A stretch of DNA of 64,000 nt from Ignavibacteriota bacterium (GTDB lineage: Bacteria > Bacteroidota > Ignavibacteria > UBA10030 > SZUA-254): positions 96,382-160,381 of the forward strand of contig JANYJZ010000030.1 in assembly GCA_025358305.1 (NCBI GenBank), in the 5' to 3' direction. Below, one piece after another: positions 1 to 10,700 of this stretch (its first letter is position 1; every line of letters starts with the position of its first letter). The notes under the pieces are model-generated. The model ran no database searches, was not told where the DNA came from, and saw nothing but the letters and a program-made list of their open reading frames with translations. Both the position numbers and the translations under genes were made by a program.

Positions 1-702
1 CATCGCGCAGCGCCGCCGGACGGCCTCGACCTCGCCCCTGTTCTCCGAGGCGTGCGTGTGGAAGAGCATCCCATCGAAGGAGCCAAGCATGTCGCGGGCT
101 TCCGCAAGGAGCGCGTCGCTGCAGGAAAGCACGAACCGCGGGGCGACCGCGTACTTGATCCTCCCGTCATAGGAGTTGTGCCACGCGTCGGCGAGTTCCC
201 GGGTCGACCGGAGCGCGTCGGCCGTGGACTCCTTGAAGGCGGGGAACGCGTCATTGATGTCCATCATGGCCTTGCCGACGAACGCGCGGAGGCCCGTTTC
301 GCCGATCGCGCGAATGACCTCCTCTTCATGGCGGAGGCTCCCCATATCGAGGATGGTCGTCGTGCCGGAGCGGATGAGCTCCATGATCCCGAGCATCGCC
401 GAAGTGTACATCGACCGGGCGGTATGGGCGGCTTCGAAGGGAAAGATGCGGAGCCGGAGCCAGTCGAGGAGTTCGAGGTCGTCGGCCATGCCGCGGAAAA
501 GTGTCTGGCAGAGGTGCACGTGCGTCTGGATGAACCCGGGGATCGCCACGAGCGCGCGGGCGTCGACGGCCGGGCCGGGACCGGCGGCGCCCGTTGGAAG
601 GATGCCCGTGATGCGGTTCTTCTCGATCGTCACCGAGACATCCTTGAGGACCTCGCCCCGGGCGTTGCCGGTGACGAGGAGCCCAACATCGATACGCGTC
701 AT
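1..702 (-). CDS. Amidohydrolase-family deaminase, 5' part of the gene only (MTA/SAH deaminase or chlorohydrolase-like); start codon at 700-702, the 3' end runs off the window
   Basis: The minus-strand translation begins MTRIDVGLLVTGNARGEVL and contains HVHLCQTLFRG (metal-binding HxH) and FHTHASENRGE, both typical of the TRZ/ATZ-MtaD amidohydrolase family. The plus-strand ORFs in the track at 52-855 and 176-988 are shadow ORFs. Confidence 0.6.
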   Translation of the reverse strand, partial: MTRIDVGLLVTGNARGEVLKDVSVTIEKNRITGILPTGAAGPGPAVDARALVAIPGFIQTHVHLCQTLFRGMADDLELLDWLRLRIFPFEAAHTARSMYTSAMLGIMELIRSGTTTILDMGSLRHEEEVIRAIGETGLRAFVGKAMMDINDAFPAFKESTADALRSTRELADAWHNSYDGRIKYAVAPRFVLSCSDALLAEARDMLGSFDGMLFHTHASENRGEVEAVRRRCAM

Positions 703-814
703 GCCTATAGGGAAGAAAGGGGAAAATTACATGGATCCGTACAGCAATATAGCAAATGGGGAGAGAATTTCAACCGTAAAGGGGGTGGAGCAGAGGGGGC
801 GACGCCGCGCGGGC

Positions 815-1036
815 TCAGGCGTCGGGGGCGGTGGAATCGTAGAGTCCTGTCCTGATCCTCTTCCTATAGAGGAAAAAGAGGAACGCCGTGTAGAGCGAAC
901 AGAGTACAACGAGCGTGGCGGCATTCAGCGTGATGAACTGAGCGGCCGTCACCCCATGACTCTGCGATATGTTGAGGAGAAGATTTAGCACGATGATCCA
1001 ATTGAGATGAAACCCCTGAAATGCCTCCGTGGCCAT
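815..1036 (-). CDS. Hypothetical small hydrophobic protein (73 aa)
   Basis: Short ORF with a hydrophobic core (IIVLNLLLNI...LVVLCSLYTAFLFFLY). No recognisable family, so it may be spurious. Confidence 0.25.
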   Translation of the reverse strand: MATEAFQGFHLNWIIVLNLLLNISQSHGVTAAQFITLNAATLVVLCSLYTAFLFFLYRKRIRTGLYDSTAPDA

Positions 1037-1216
1037 CCACGTCTATAATCTACGTCTCGGCGGCCCGGAATCAGGTGACTCAGATCACATTTTCCAGCCT
1101 TACCCCTCTCTACGGGAACGAAATCGGGAAAAACGCTGTCGCGCTTTTCCCGATCCGCCTCGCTCGACCATCAGGCACTTTCAGGAGGCCCTACGGGCCT
1201 CCGCCCGAAATGAGCG

Positions 1217-3193
1217 TTATTCTTCCTTCGCCCGCATCGAATCCCAGATAGTGTACGCCACAAGGAGCCCGAACATCACCAGGCCGAGGACCTCCGCGTT
1301 GGCGGACGCCGCCCATGCGGTGTTGAACCAGTCAAATCCGCCGAATTTCAGGAATGCGCCCAAGACGCCGAAGAGCGAACCGCCGGCGATGAACCCCGAT
1401 GCGATGAGCGTGCCGCGGGAGAGGCGCGCATTGTTGAGCTTTTCGTTCTTCGTACGGGAGGAGACCCACCAGGCGACGAGACCGCCGGCGAGGAGCGGGG
1501 TATTGAGCTCCTGCGGGATGTACATGCCGAGGGCGAAGGCGAGCGGGGAGATCTTGAGCATCGTCATGAGAAGCGCGATCACCGCCCCCACGACATAGAA
1601 CATCCACGGCGCGGCGGTGTTCGACATGAGGGGCTGGATGACGGCCGCCATGGCGTTCGCCTGCGGGGCGACGAGGGCCTGCGGGCCCTTGAACCCGTAC
1701 GTTTGGTTCAGGATGAGGATGACGACCCCCACCGTCGCCGACGAGACGAGCGTTCCGAGGAACTTCCAGCTCTCCTGCTTCCGCGGCGTCGTGCCGAGCC
1801 AGTAGCCGATCTTGAGGTCGGTGATGAACGACCCCGACACCGAGAGCGCCGTGCACACGACGCCGCCGATGATGAGAGCGCTAAGCATGCCGGAGTTCCC
1901 CGTGAGCCCGATCTGGACGAGGACGAACGAGGAGAGGATGAGGGTCATGAGCGTCATCCCGGAGACGGGGTTCGTTCCGACGATCGCGATCGCGTTCGCC
2001 GCCACCGTCGTGAAGAGGAACGAGACGACCGTGACGAGGAGGAGTCCCACGACCGCGTGGAAGATGTTGAACGTCACGCCGCCCGCGAAGAACACGAAGA
2101 GGAGGAGGGCGGTGAGGAGAATGAACATGACGTTGAAGAGCATCGGGATGTCGCGCTGGGTCCGCACCGTGGTCTCGGCGCCGGCGGACTTCCGGCGGGT
2201 GATCTCGTTGTAGGCGAGGGAGACGGCCCCGCGGATGATCTTCGAGGAGCGGATGATGCCGACGACGCCTGCCATCGCGATCCCGCCGATGCCGATCTGG
2301 CGGACGTAGCCGCGGAAGATCTCTTCCGGCGTCATCGCGGAGATGAGCTTCACCGCGCTGGCACCGAGGGGGCTCGCGAGCCCGTTCCCGATCTCGTGGA
2401 AGAGGGGGACGAGCACGAACCACGAGAGGAACGACCCGGCGCAGATGATCGTCGCGTACTTCAGTCCGACGATATACCCCAGACCGAAGACGACGGCGAG
2501 GACGTCGATCTTGAAGACCATCTTGACCTTGTCCGAGAGCGTCTGGCCGACCGACGTGATCCTCGAGGTGACGACCTCCGACCACCACCCGAGCGAGCCG
2601 ACGATGAAGTCGAACACGCCGCCGATGAGCCCGCTGACGATGAGGACGACCGCTTGCTTGCCCCCTTTCTCCCCCGCGATGAGGACCTCCGTGGTCGCCG
2701 TCGCTTCGGGGAAGGGGAGTTTGCCGTGCATGTCCTTCACGAAGTACTTCCGGAAGGGGATGAGAAAGAGGATGCCGAGGAACCCGCCAAACAGCGAGGC
2801 GAGGAAGACCTGGTAGAAGTTCACCGGGAGGTCGAGGATATACATCGCGGGAATGGTGAAGATAGCCCCCGCGACGACCGCTCCGGAGGTGGAACCGATC
2901 GACTGGATGATGATGTTCTGGCCGAGCGAGTCCTTCCTCTTGAACGCCGTGGAGAGCCCGACGGCGAGGATCGCGATCGGGATGGCGGCCTCGAACACCT
3001 GCCCGATCTTCAGGCCAGAGTAGGCGGCCGCCGCGGAGAAGAGCATCGCCATGAGGAGGCCCCAGAGGACCGACCATGGCGTGACCTCCGCCGGCGTTGA
3101 TTCGGGGGGCATGACCGGGCGGTATTCCTCTCCGGGCTGGAGTTCTTTGTACGCGTTTTCCGGCAAGCCGGTCGTGGTGACGTCTGTCTTCAT
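1217..3193 (-). CDS. Oligopeptide transporter, OPT family
   Basis: 658-aa polytopic membrane protein. Its length and repeated Gly-rich transmembrane segments are typical of the bacterial OPT superfamily. Confidence 0.8.
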   Translation of the reverse strand: MKTDVTTTGLPENAYKELQPGEEYRPVMPPESTPAEVTPWSVLWGLLMAMLFSAAAAYSGLKIGQVFEAAIPIAILAVGLSTAFKRKDSLGQNIIIQSIGSTSGAVVAGAIFTIPAMYILDLPVNFYQVFLASLFGGFLGILFLIPFRKYFVKDMHGKLPFPEATATTEVLIAGEKGGKQAVVLIVSGLIGGVFDFIVGSLGWWSEVVTSRITSVGQTLSDKVKMVFKIDVLAVVFGLGYIVGLKYATIICAGSFLSWFVLVPLFHEIGNGLASPLGASAVKLISAMTPEEIFRGYVRQIGIGGIAMAGVVGIIRSSKIIRGAVSLAYNEITRRKSAGAETTVRTQRDIPMLFNVMFILLTALLLFVFFAGGVTFNIFHAVVGLLLVTVVSFLFTTVAANAIAIVGTNPVSGMTLMTLILSSFVLVQIGLTGNSGMLSALIIGGVVCTALSVSGSFITDLKIGYWLGTTPRKQESWKFLGTLVSSATVGVVILILNQTYGFKGPQALVAPQANAMAAVIQPLMSNTAAPWMFYVVGAVIALLMTMLKISPLAFALGMYIPQELNTPLLAGGLVAWWVSSRTKNEKLNNARLSRGTLIASGFIAGGSLFGVLGAFLKFGGFDWFNTAWAASANAEVLGLVMFGLLVAYTIWDSMRAKEE

Positions 3194-3286
3194 GCGGGGT
3201 ACCTTCCGTGTTCGTCGTGTAGGGAATTAACGGGAACAATCCGGCGCCAATTTGGCGCGACGATCCCCGGTGAAGCGGAACAAGGT

Positions 3287-4558
3287 CTATCCCCTCGTCT
3301 TTTCCACCCAGATCTGGACGAGGTGCAGCACGGTCTCGACGGCCTTTTCCATCCCCCAGACGGAGGCCCATTCATTCTTGCTATGGTAGTTCTGCCCGCC
3401 GGTGAAGATGTTCGGGCAGGGAAGTCCCATCGCGGTGAGCTTCGAACCGTCGGTGCCGCCCCGGATCGGGACCCACTTCGGCGTGAAGCCGGCGCGTTTC
3501 GTCGCCTCGAACATGTAGTCGATGACCCGCGGATCTTTCTCACATCCTTCGCGCATGTTGCGGTAGGTCTCCGTCACCTGGAGCTCGATCCTCGCCTTCG
3601 GGTGGAGGGGCCGTACTTCGGCGATGATCGCCTCGAGTCTCTTTTTCAGGACGGCGAGTCCCGAGGTCTCAAAATCCCTCAGGAGGATGTTCAAGGTCGT
3701 TTTCTCCTCCTCGCCTTTGAGGACGTGGGGGTGAATGTAGGGCTCGTAGCCTTCGGTTGTCTCGGGCGCGACGTCCTTCGGCATGCGCGTGATGATATCC
3801 GCCATGACTCGGAGGGAATTCACCATGATCCCCTTCGCCGAGCCGGGATGGATGTTCCGGCCGTGGACGGTGATCGTGGCGGAGTCGGCGCTGAAGGTCT
3901 CTTTGTTGAGCTCGCCCGGCACGTCGCCGTCGACGGTGTAGGCGAACTTCGCCCCGAACGCCTTCAGGTCGAAATACTTCGTCCCGGCCCCCACTTCCTC
4001 GTCCGGCGTGAATCCGATCTTGATGTCGCCGTGCGGGATCTTCGGGTCGTTCATGAGGCTTTGGACCGCGGTCATGATGATGGCGAGGCCGGCCTTGTCG
4101 TCGGCGCCGAGAAGCGTCGTTCCGTCGGTCGTCACGATGGTCTTGCCGATGTTCTCCTTGAGCTGCGGGTTCTCGGAGGTGCGCAGCACGATCGAAGGAT
4201 CGCCAGGAAGGACGATGTCTCCCCCCTGGTACTTCTGGATGACTTGAGCCTTCACGTTCTCGCCGCTCGCGGACGGGGACGTGTCGACGTGCGAGACGAA
4301 CCCGACCGCCGGTACCTTACCGTAGGCCTTGTCCGTCGCCGCCAGGTTGCTCGGGAGCGTCGCCATGACATAGCCGTACTTGTCGATGCGGACGTCGCGA
4401 ACGCCGAGCTCCTTGAGCTCCTTTTCGAGGAGGCGCAGGAGGTCGAACTGTTTCGCGGTGCTCGGGTATGTTTCGGACTCTTCAGAGGACTGCGTGTCGA
4501 TCTTGACGTAGCGCAGGAATTTATCGAGAACTGATTCGTTCATGGTCGTTTCCTTCAA
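3287..4558 (-). CDS. pepT: Peptidase T (tripeptide aminopeptidase, M20B family)
   Basis: 423 aa with the M20 hallmarks GFVSHVDTSP, GADDKAGLA and FTPDEEVGAG, plus C-terminal GGTDGS. The length matches PepT. Confidence 0.85.
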   Translation of the reverse strand: MKETTMNESVLDKFLRYVKIDTQSSEESETYPSTAKQFDLLRLLEKELKELGVRDVRIDKYGYVMATLPSNLAATDKAYGKVPAVGFVSHVDTSPSASGENVKAQVIQKYQGGDIVLPGDPSIVLRTSENPQLKENIGKTIVTTDGTTLLGADDKAGLAIIMTAVQSLMNDPKIPHGDIKIGFTPDEEVGAGTKYFDLKAFGAKFAYTVDGDVPGELNKETFSADSATITVHGRNIHPGSAKGIMVNSLRVMADIITRMPKDVAPETTEGYEPYIHPHVLKGEEEKTTLNILLRDFETSGLAVLKKRLEAIIAEVRPLHPKARIELQVTETYRNMREGCEKDPRVIDYMFEATKRAGFTPKWVPIRGGTDGSKLTAMGLPCPNIFTGGQNYHSKNEWASVWGMEKAVETVLHLVQIWVEKTRG

Positions 4559-4762
4559 GAAGTAATGCCGGGGCGATAGGCGTGGTGAAGTTCATTGTCG
4601 AGCAGCGTAAATGTGGCCGAATTGTATTGATTTTTCCAGCCATTAGCAAGTCTCCCAGCGCGGATCCTCGTTGCCGGATCAGGACCATTTTCACTTCATT
4701 TTCATGGAACATCCGTATCTTTCATGATACCGAGCATCCTTGCAGGTCGATCGCGATAACCC

Positions 4763-4770
4763 TATATTTG
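4763..4770 (+). promoter_or_regulatory. Candidate Bacteroidetes-type -7 promoter element (TAnnTTTG) upstream of the PepSY-like gene
   Basis: TATATTTG lies about 80 nt upstream of the ATG at 4852, with a TTG about 21 nt further upstream, in the divergent pepT/PepSY intergenic region. Confidence 0.3.
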
Positions 4771-4851
4771 TGCACAGTCAGGCGGCCTGTCGCCGATTCG
4801 CGCACCGGAACGGAGCGGTCCGCTTACCGTCCTCCATGAAAGGAACCACAG

Positions 4852-5334
4852 ATGAAACGATCATCCCTCGTGCTGTTCATCCTCGTGTTCGCAGCAGCCG
4901 CCATGATGGCACAGTCGAACGAAGACCAGGAACAATCTCTGAAGAAGAAGGATATGCCGAAGGCCATCCTCGATGCGTTCGCGAAGTCCTACCCGCACGC
5001 GGTCGTGAAGGGGTACTCGAAAGAAGTGGAGAACGGCGCAGCGGAGTACGAAGTGGAAAGCAAGGACGGTACGGTCTCCCGGGACGTATCGTACGCCGCG
5101 GACGGAAGCGTCCTCGCCGTTGAAGAAAGCATGGCGTACGCCGATCTCCCCGAAGCGGCCCGCGCCGCGATCACCAAGGAATACCCGAAGCATACGGTGG
5201 CGTCATGCGAAAAGGCCACCAAAGGATCCACGACGCAGTACGAAGTGCACCTGAAGCTTGGAAAGAAGACAACCGAGGTCCTCTTCGACGCGAACGGCGC
5301 CGTCGTACAGAAGGAACCGAAGGTCAAGAAGTAA
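4852..5334 (+). CDS. Secreted PepSY-like (beta-lactamase-inhibitor-like) domain protein
   Basis: The N-terminal signal peptide is MKRSSLVLFILVFAAAAMMAQ. Two repeated units of about 60 aa with the pattern YP.A....Y..E......YEVE..... are typical of the PepSY_like family. Confidence 0.55.
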   Translation: MKRSSLVLFILVFAAAAMMAQSNEDQEQSLKKKDMPKAILDAFAKSYPHAVVKGYSKEVENGAAEYEVESKDGTVSRDVSYAADGSVLAVEESMAYADLPEAARAAITKEYPKHTVASCEKATKGSTTQYEVHLKLGKKTTEVLFDANGAVVQKEPKVKK

Positions 5335-5407
5335 CCCGCGTCACGCCGCCCGCCCGACGAGCACATTCGAAGAAAGCACCGACAGGATCGCGCATCTCCG
5401 ACACAAT

Positions 5408-6736
5408 ATGACGAACGCACGCCGAGACCTGCCGACTGTTCATCCGTTGCGGCTCGCGGCCCTCATCCTCCTTTCCCTCGGGAGCATAGCGCCCGGCCTC
5501 GCCCAGCGCGTCCTCTCCCTCGACCAATGCACGGCCATCGCGCTTGACCAGAATCTGAACATGCGCAGCGCGAACGTCGCCCTGCGGTTGGCGAAGCTCG
5601 CGCGGGAGGAAGCGGACCGTTCCGGCCGCCCGCAAGTGCGGGCCTCCGCGAAGGCGCTCGTCGCACCCTATTCCGACAAGCTCGGGTACGATCCCGCGAT
5701 CACCGACGGCGGCCAGTACTCCGCGCAGCTCGGCGTGCAGGGGCTCCTCTTCGACGGCGGCGCACGGAGCTCCAGGGCCCGGCAGCTCGACGCCGACGTC
5801 GAACGCCTCGGCATCGACGAGCGCCGCGCCGCGAGAGACGTGCGGGCAAGCGTCGCGGCGGCGTTCTTCGACCTCCTCCAGGTGATGGATGAATCGAGCC
5901 TCCAGCGGGAACGAATCGACGGGCTCTCACAGTACCTGGACCTCGTGAACCGGCTCTACCACGGTGGCGGCGTGAACTACACCGACGTCCTCAAGACCGA
6001 AGTGAGCCTGGAGAACGCGCGGACACTCCTTGAGAAAGAGGTCCAGGCCGGCGAGTCCGCAAAACTGTCCCTCGCCGAAGCGATGGGGTCGCCGGACGAC
6101 ACGGCCTTCGCCATCGCCGCGCCGGCGCAGCCGTTCGATTCCGCCGCCGCGGAGTCCCTCCTCGTGCGCGGCGCGGTCGATTCCGTCCGATCCCTCGACC
6201 TCCAGAGCGCCAGGCTCAACGTCGAGCGAAGCCTCTTCAGCGTCGACATCGTCCGGTCGGAGCGGCTCCCGTCGGTCTCGCTCACCGGGGACGTCGGGCT
6301 CCTCTCGTCCGGCGACAATCTCAAGCTCCCGTCGGGCCGGCGCGCGGCCACCGTCGGCTACTCCGTCGGCATCACCGTGGAGAACCTCCTGTTCGACTGG
6401 GGCTCGACCGGCCTCCGGATCGAGCAGCAGCAGCTCGAAACGGAGAACCTCCGCCTGAACTTCGAACTCCAGCGCCGGACGCTCAACGCCTCGCTCGAGC
6501 GCCTGCGCGGCGAGATCCGCAGCACGATGGGCCAGATGCGCTCGATCGCCAGGACGCAGAATATCGCGGAGGATAATTACGCGCTCACGAAGGCGCAGTA
6601 CGCCGGCGGCGGCACGACCGCGCTCGACGTCCTCTCCGCCGAGCAGCTTCTGGCCGACAGCCGGCTCGCCGCGCTCCAATCGCGCGCCGATCTCAAACGA
6701 TTGCTCTCGAAGCTCGAACAATTCTATGCACAGTAG
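5408..6736 (+). CDS. Outer membrane efflux protein (TolC/CzcC-like outer membrane factor)
   Basis: Signal peptide (LRLAALILLSLGSIAPGLAQ) and two-repeat organisation of the OEP family. It is the first gene of an OMF-MFP-RND set. The start is moved to the ATG at 5408, because the N-terminal extension of the ORF in the track is Arg-rich junk. Confidence 0.75.
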   Translation: MTNARRDLPTVHPLRLAALILLSLGSIAPGLAQRVLSLDQCTAIALDQNLNMRSANVALRLAKLAREEADRSGRPQVRASAKALVAPYSDKLGYDPAITDGGQYSAQLGVQGLLFDGGARSSRARQLDADVERLGIDERRAARDVRASVAAAFFDLLQVMDESSLQRERIDGLSQYLDLVNRLYHGGGVNYTDVLKTEVSLENARTLLEKEVQAGESAKLSLAEAMGSPDDTAFAIAAPAQPFDSAAAESLLVRGAVDSVRSLDLQSARLNVERSLFSVDIVRSERLPSVSLTGDVGLLSSGDNLKLPSGRRAATVGYSVGITVENLLFDWGSTGLRIEQQQLETENLRLNFELQRRTLNASLERLRGEIRSTMGQMRSIARTQNIAEDNYALTKAQYAGGGTTALDVLSAEQLLADSRLAALQSRADLKRLLSKLEQFYAQ

Positions 6737-7748
6737 AACGGGAACCCAGGTGACCTCACGACTCATTGTCCTCGCGTCTTTCGCCGCGTGCCTCATCATC
6801 GCCGGATGTTCTCGTCCGAAGGAAGAGTCCAGCGACGCTCCCGCGGCGAACGTGCGCGTCCCGGTCTGGGTCCGCAGCCTCGTCCGTGGTTCGATCGAAT
6901 CCGCCGTCACGGCCGTTGGGAGCACCGAGGCGCTCCGGAAGGAGAAGATCCTCTCGCCGATCGCCGGCAGGGTCGTTTCCCTCAAGGTCCTCGAAGGCTC
7001 CTCCGTCAGCGCCGGCGATGTGCTCGCCGTCCTCAGGACGCGCGAAGCCCAAGCGACGCTCGAGGGGGCCGACGCTCTCCTCCGGACGGCCACGACCGAG
7101 AGGCAGCGGGCGGAGGCCCGACGCGCCCGGTCCCTCGCCGATTCGGTACAGGGGCAGATCCTCGTCCGAGCGTCATTCAGCGGGGTAGTCTCCTCCCGCA
7201 ATGTCGCCGAAGGAGAACTCGTCGCCGAACAGACGGTGCTCCTCTCGCTCATCGATCCGACGACGATCATCTTCGTCGCGGATGTCCCTGCGGCCAACAT
7301 CGCCGGGGTCCGGACCGGCCTCTCCGCACGGATCCGCCTCAACCAGTTCCCCGCCGGCGAACTCAGCGCGTCCGTGGACGCCGTCAGCCCCGAGGCCGAC
7401 GCGCAGAGCCAGTCGGTGAAGGCCCGGCTGCGGTTCCGCGGACTGACCGCGGTCCAGCAACGCTCCATGAAGTCGAACCTCGCCGGGACGGTCCGGATCA
7501 TCACAGAGCTCCGGCGCAGCGTCCTCCTCGTCGGGAGCTCCGCGCTCCTCCACGACGACGAGTCCGACGCCTTCTCCCTCGTCATCATGACGGCGGACTC
7601 GCTCGCTCGGATCATTCCGGTCACGCTCGGGGCGCGTTCCGACTCGCTCGTCGAGGTCATGAGCCCGGCGCTCCATGAGGGACAGAACGTCATCATGCAG
7701 GGCCAGTACGCGCTGGCGGACTCCACTCGGGTCACCGTCGAGCCGTAA
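6726..7748 (+). CDS. RND efflux membrane fusion protein (HlyD/CzcB-like periplasmic adaptor)
   Basis: Lipoprotein signal (LIIAGCS) and a lipoyl/beta-barrel motif (ILSPIAGRVVSLKVLEGSSVSAGDVLAVL). It overlaps the upstream OMF gene and its stop overlaps the RND gene start (TAATG). Confidence 0.8.
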   Translation: MHSRTGTQVTSRLIVLASFAACLIIAGCSRPKEESSDAPAANVRVPVWVRSLVRGSIESAVTAVGSTEALRKEKILSPIAGRVVSLKVLEGSSVSAGDVLAVLRTREAQATLEGADALLRTATTERQRAEARRARSLADSVQGQILVRASFSGVVSSRNVAEGELVAEQTVLLSLIDPTTIIFVADVPAANIAGVRTGLSARIRLNQFPAGELSASVDAVSPEADAQSQSVKARLRFRGLTAVQQRSMKSNLAGTVRIITELRRSVLLVGSSALLHDDESDAFSLVIMTADSLARIIPVTLGARSDSLVEVMSPALHEGQNVIMQGQYALADSTRVTVEP

Positions 7749-10700
7749 TGAGCATCTTCGCCTACTGCCACCGCCACCGGAAGGCGCTCCTCTTCACGAT
7801 CGCAGTGCTCACCGCGGCGGGCGTGGGAATGATGCTCCATCTCCCGATCTCGCTCTTCCCCGACATCACGTTCCCGCGCATCGTCATCGTCGCCGACAAC
7901 GGCTCCGAGCCAGCGGCGCGCATGATGGTGGAGGTGACGAAGCCGCTCGAGGAGGTCGCAACGGCCGTGCCCGGGGTCAAGTACGTCCGCTCCACGACCT
8001 CGCGGGGCTCGACGGAGATCTCCATCGGGCTCGACTGGGGAAGCGACGTCCAGCAGACGCTCGGACTCCTCCAGGGCCGCATCGCCAACATCCGCAACGC
8101 CCTTCCGACGACGGCGTCCATCCGGTCGGAGCAAATGACCGTCGCCATCTTTCCGATCGAGGGGTACAGCCTCACGTCCGATTCCCTCTCGCTCGTCGAG
8201 CTCCGGGATATCGCGCTCTACCAGATCCGCCCCGCGCTCCTGAAGGTCGCGGGCGTCGCCCATGTCGACGTCACCGGCGGCGACACCAGGGAGTTCCTCG
8301 TGACGGTGAACCCCGAGAGGCTCGCCGCCTACCGCCTCACCGTCCAGCAGGTCTCCGACGCCGTGGAACACACGAACTTCGTCGCATCGACCGGCCTCCT
8401 GAACGATAATTACCAGCTCTACCTCTCGCTCGTCTCCGGCCTCATCTCAAGCGTGGACGACGTTGCGCGGATCATCGTCGCGGTGCGCAACGGCGTGCCC
8501 GTGCACGTCCGGGACGTCGCCGAGGTGAAGCCGTCGGTGGCGGACCTCTTCATCCGGACGACCGCGCACGGCCGCGACGCCGTGCTCATCAGCATCCTGA
8601 AGCAGCCGAACGGCAGCACCGTGCGGATCTCCTCCGACATCACGGAAGCCATGCGGCGCCTCTCGCTCCCGGCCGGCGCGCACTTCGAGAACTTCTACGA
8701 CCAGGGAAGCTTCATCAGCGGCTCCATCGCGGGGGTCCGCGACAGCATGCTCATCGGCGTCGGTCTCGCGATGGTCATCGTCCTCGTCTTCTTGCGGAGC
8801 TGGCGCCTCACGCTCATCATCCTCCTCGTCGTTCCGGCGACCATCGCTGTGACCTTCCTCTGCCTCGGCGCGCTCGGTAAGACGATCAACATCATGACCC
8901 TCGGCGGCATCGCCGCGGCCGTCGGGCTCATCATCGACGATTCGATCGTCATCATTGAGCACATCTTCACGCGGTTTGCGCGCCTCGACCGGTCGTCGCA
9001 CACGGCGGAGGGGTTCGCGCGCAACGCCGACAGTTCCATTCGGTCCTTGATGCCGGCGATCATCGGCTCGACCGCGAGCACCATCGTCATCCATATCCCG
9101 CTCGCGTTCCTCGGCGGCGTCACGGGGGCCTTTTTCGCGTCTCTCTCCATCACGATGGTCTGCGCGCTCACGATCTCCTTCCTCCTCTCGATCACGCTCG
9201 CGCCGCTCCTCGCGTCGTCACTCTTGCGCGAGTCGGATATCGCCCGGGAGGTCGCGCACGAGCACCGCGAATCCACGCTCGCCCGCCTCTACGGCCGGTG
9301 CGTCGCCTTCTCGCTGAAATACCGCTTCGCCCTCCTTCCCGCGGCGGCCGTGATCGTCTTCGTCGCGTTCACGTTCTATACTCGGCTGGGGTCCGAGTTC
9401 TTGCCGGAGATGGACGAAGGGACGTTCATCCTCGACTACCTCTCGCCGCCCGGCACGTCGCTCGCGGAAACGAACCGCATGCTCGGACACGTCGAGACCA
9501 TCCTCCAGGCGACACCGGAAGTGGAATCGTACTCTCGGCGGACGGGGACGCAGCTCGGGTTCTTCATCACGGAGCCGAACGTCGGGGACTACACCGTGAA
9601 GCTCCACGAGGGGCGCTCCCGGTCGATCGAGGACGTCATGAACGGCGTCCGCGACGAAGTGCGCTCTAACGAGCCGTCGCTCCAGATCGACTTCTTCCAG
9701 CTCATGACGGACGTCATCGGCGACCTGACGAACTCCCCGTCGCCCATCGAGATCAAGCTCTTCGGCGACGACGCCTTGGCCCTTCAGGCGACGGCACAAC
9801 AGGCGCGCCAGCTCATCGAGACGGTGCCGGGCGTCGTGGACGCGTTCGACGGGATCGTCATCTCCGGGCCGTCGCTCATCATCCGCGTCGACCAGGAGAA
9901 GGCCGCCCTCGCCGGGTTCACGCCGCAGGACGTCCTGAGCCAGACCGAGAACATCATGGAGGGGCGCATCGATACAAAGGTCCAGCGGGGGGAAAAGCTC
10001 ATCGGCGTGCACGTCCGGTACCCCGACGCGTACCGCCAGGACATCGCGCGGCTCACGGCGGTCTCCCTCGTCGCGCCGGGCGGCGCGCTCGTCCCTTTGC
10101 GGTCCATCGCGCGGATCGACCGCGTCGCCGGGGAAGCGGAGATCAAGCGGGACCAGCTCCAGCAGCTTATCGCCGTCACCGCGCGGACATCCGGGCGCGA
10201 CCTCGGCAGCACGATGGCCGACATCAAGAAGCTCCTCGCGGGGAAGCTGCGGCTTCCGCCGTCCGTGTCCGTCGAGTTCGGGGGGATCTACCAGACGCAG
10301 CAGGAGTCGTTCACGGGCCTCGCGCTCGTCGCCCTCTCTGCGCTGCTCCTCGTCGTGATCGTGCTCCTCTTCGAGTTCGGCGAGTTCACGATCCCGCTTT
10401 CGATCTTCCTCATCAACGCGATGTCGCTCGCGGGCGTCTTCGCGGCCCTGTGGCTCACGAACATGACGCTCAACGTCTCGAGCCTCGTCGGCATCATCCT
10501 CATCATCGGCATTGTCGCGGAGAACGCCATCTTCATTTTCCACATGATCCAGCAGTTCGAACGCGAAGGGGTGTCGATTGACGACGCCATCAGCCGCGCC
10601 ATGGCGGTCAGAGCCCGCCCGATCGTCATGACGACGCTCGCCGCGATCCTCGCCCTCCTCCCCCTCGCCCTCGGCATCGGGGCGGGGGCCCAGATGCAGC

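Noticed and set aside
52-988. Plus-strand ORFs 52-855 and 176-988 at the window start
   Set aside because: Their translations are Arg/Gly/Pro-rich low-complexity sequence. The opposite strand encodes a clean amidohydrolase with HxH and FHTHxSE motifs, so these are GC-driven shadow ORFs.
1703-3371. Long ORFs antisense to the OPT gene (1703-3100 plus, 1881-3371 minus, in another frame)
   Set aside because: Extreme Arg/Asp/Glu/Pro composition with no motifs. Typical high-GC antisense ORFs.
5927-8371. 814-aa minus-strand ORF spanning the OMF/MFP/RND genes
   Set aside because: It overlaps three well-supported plus-strand genes, and its translation is low-complexity.
9218-10543. 441-aa minus-strand ORF inside the RND gene
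   Set aside because: Shadow ORF rich in Asp/Glu/Arg with no domain signal.
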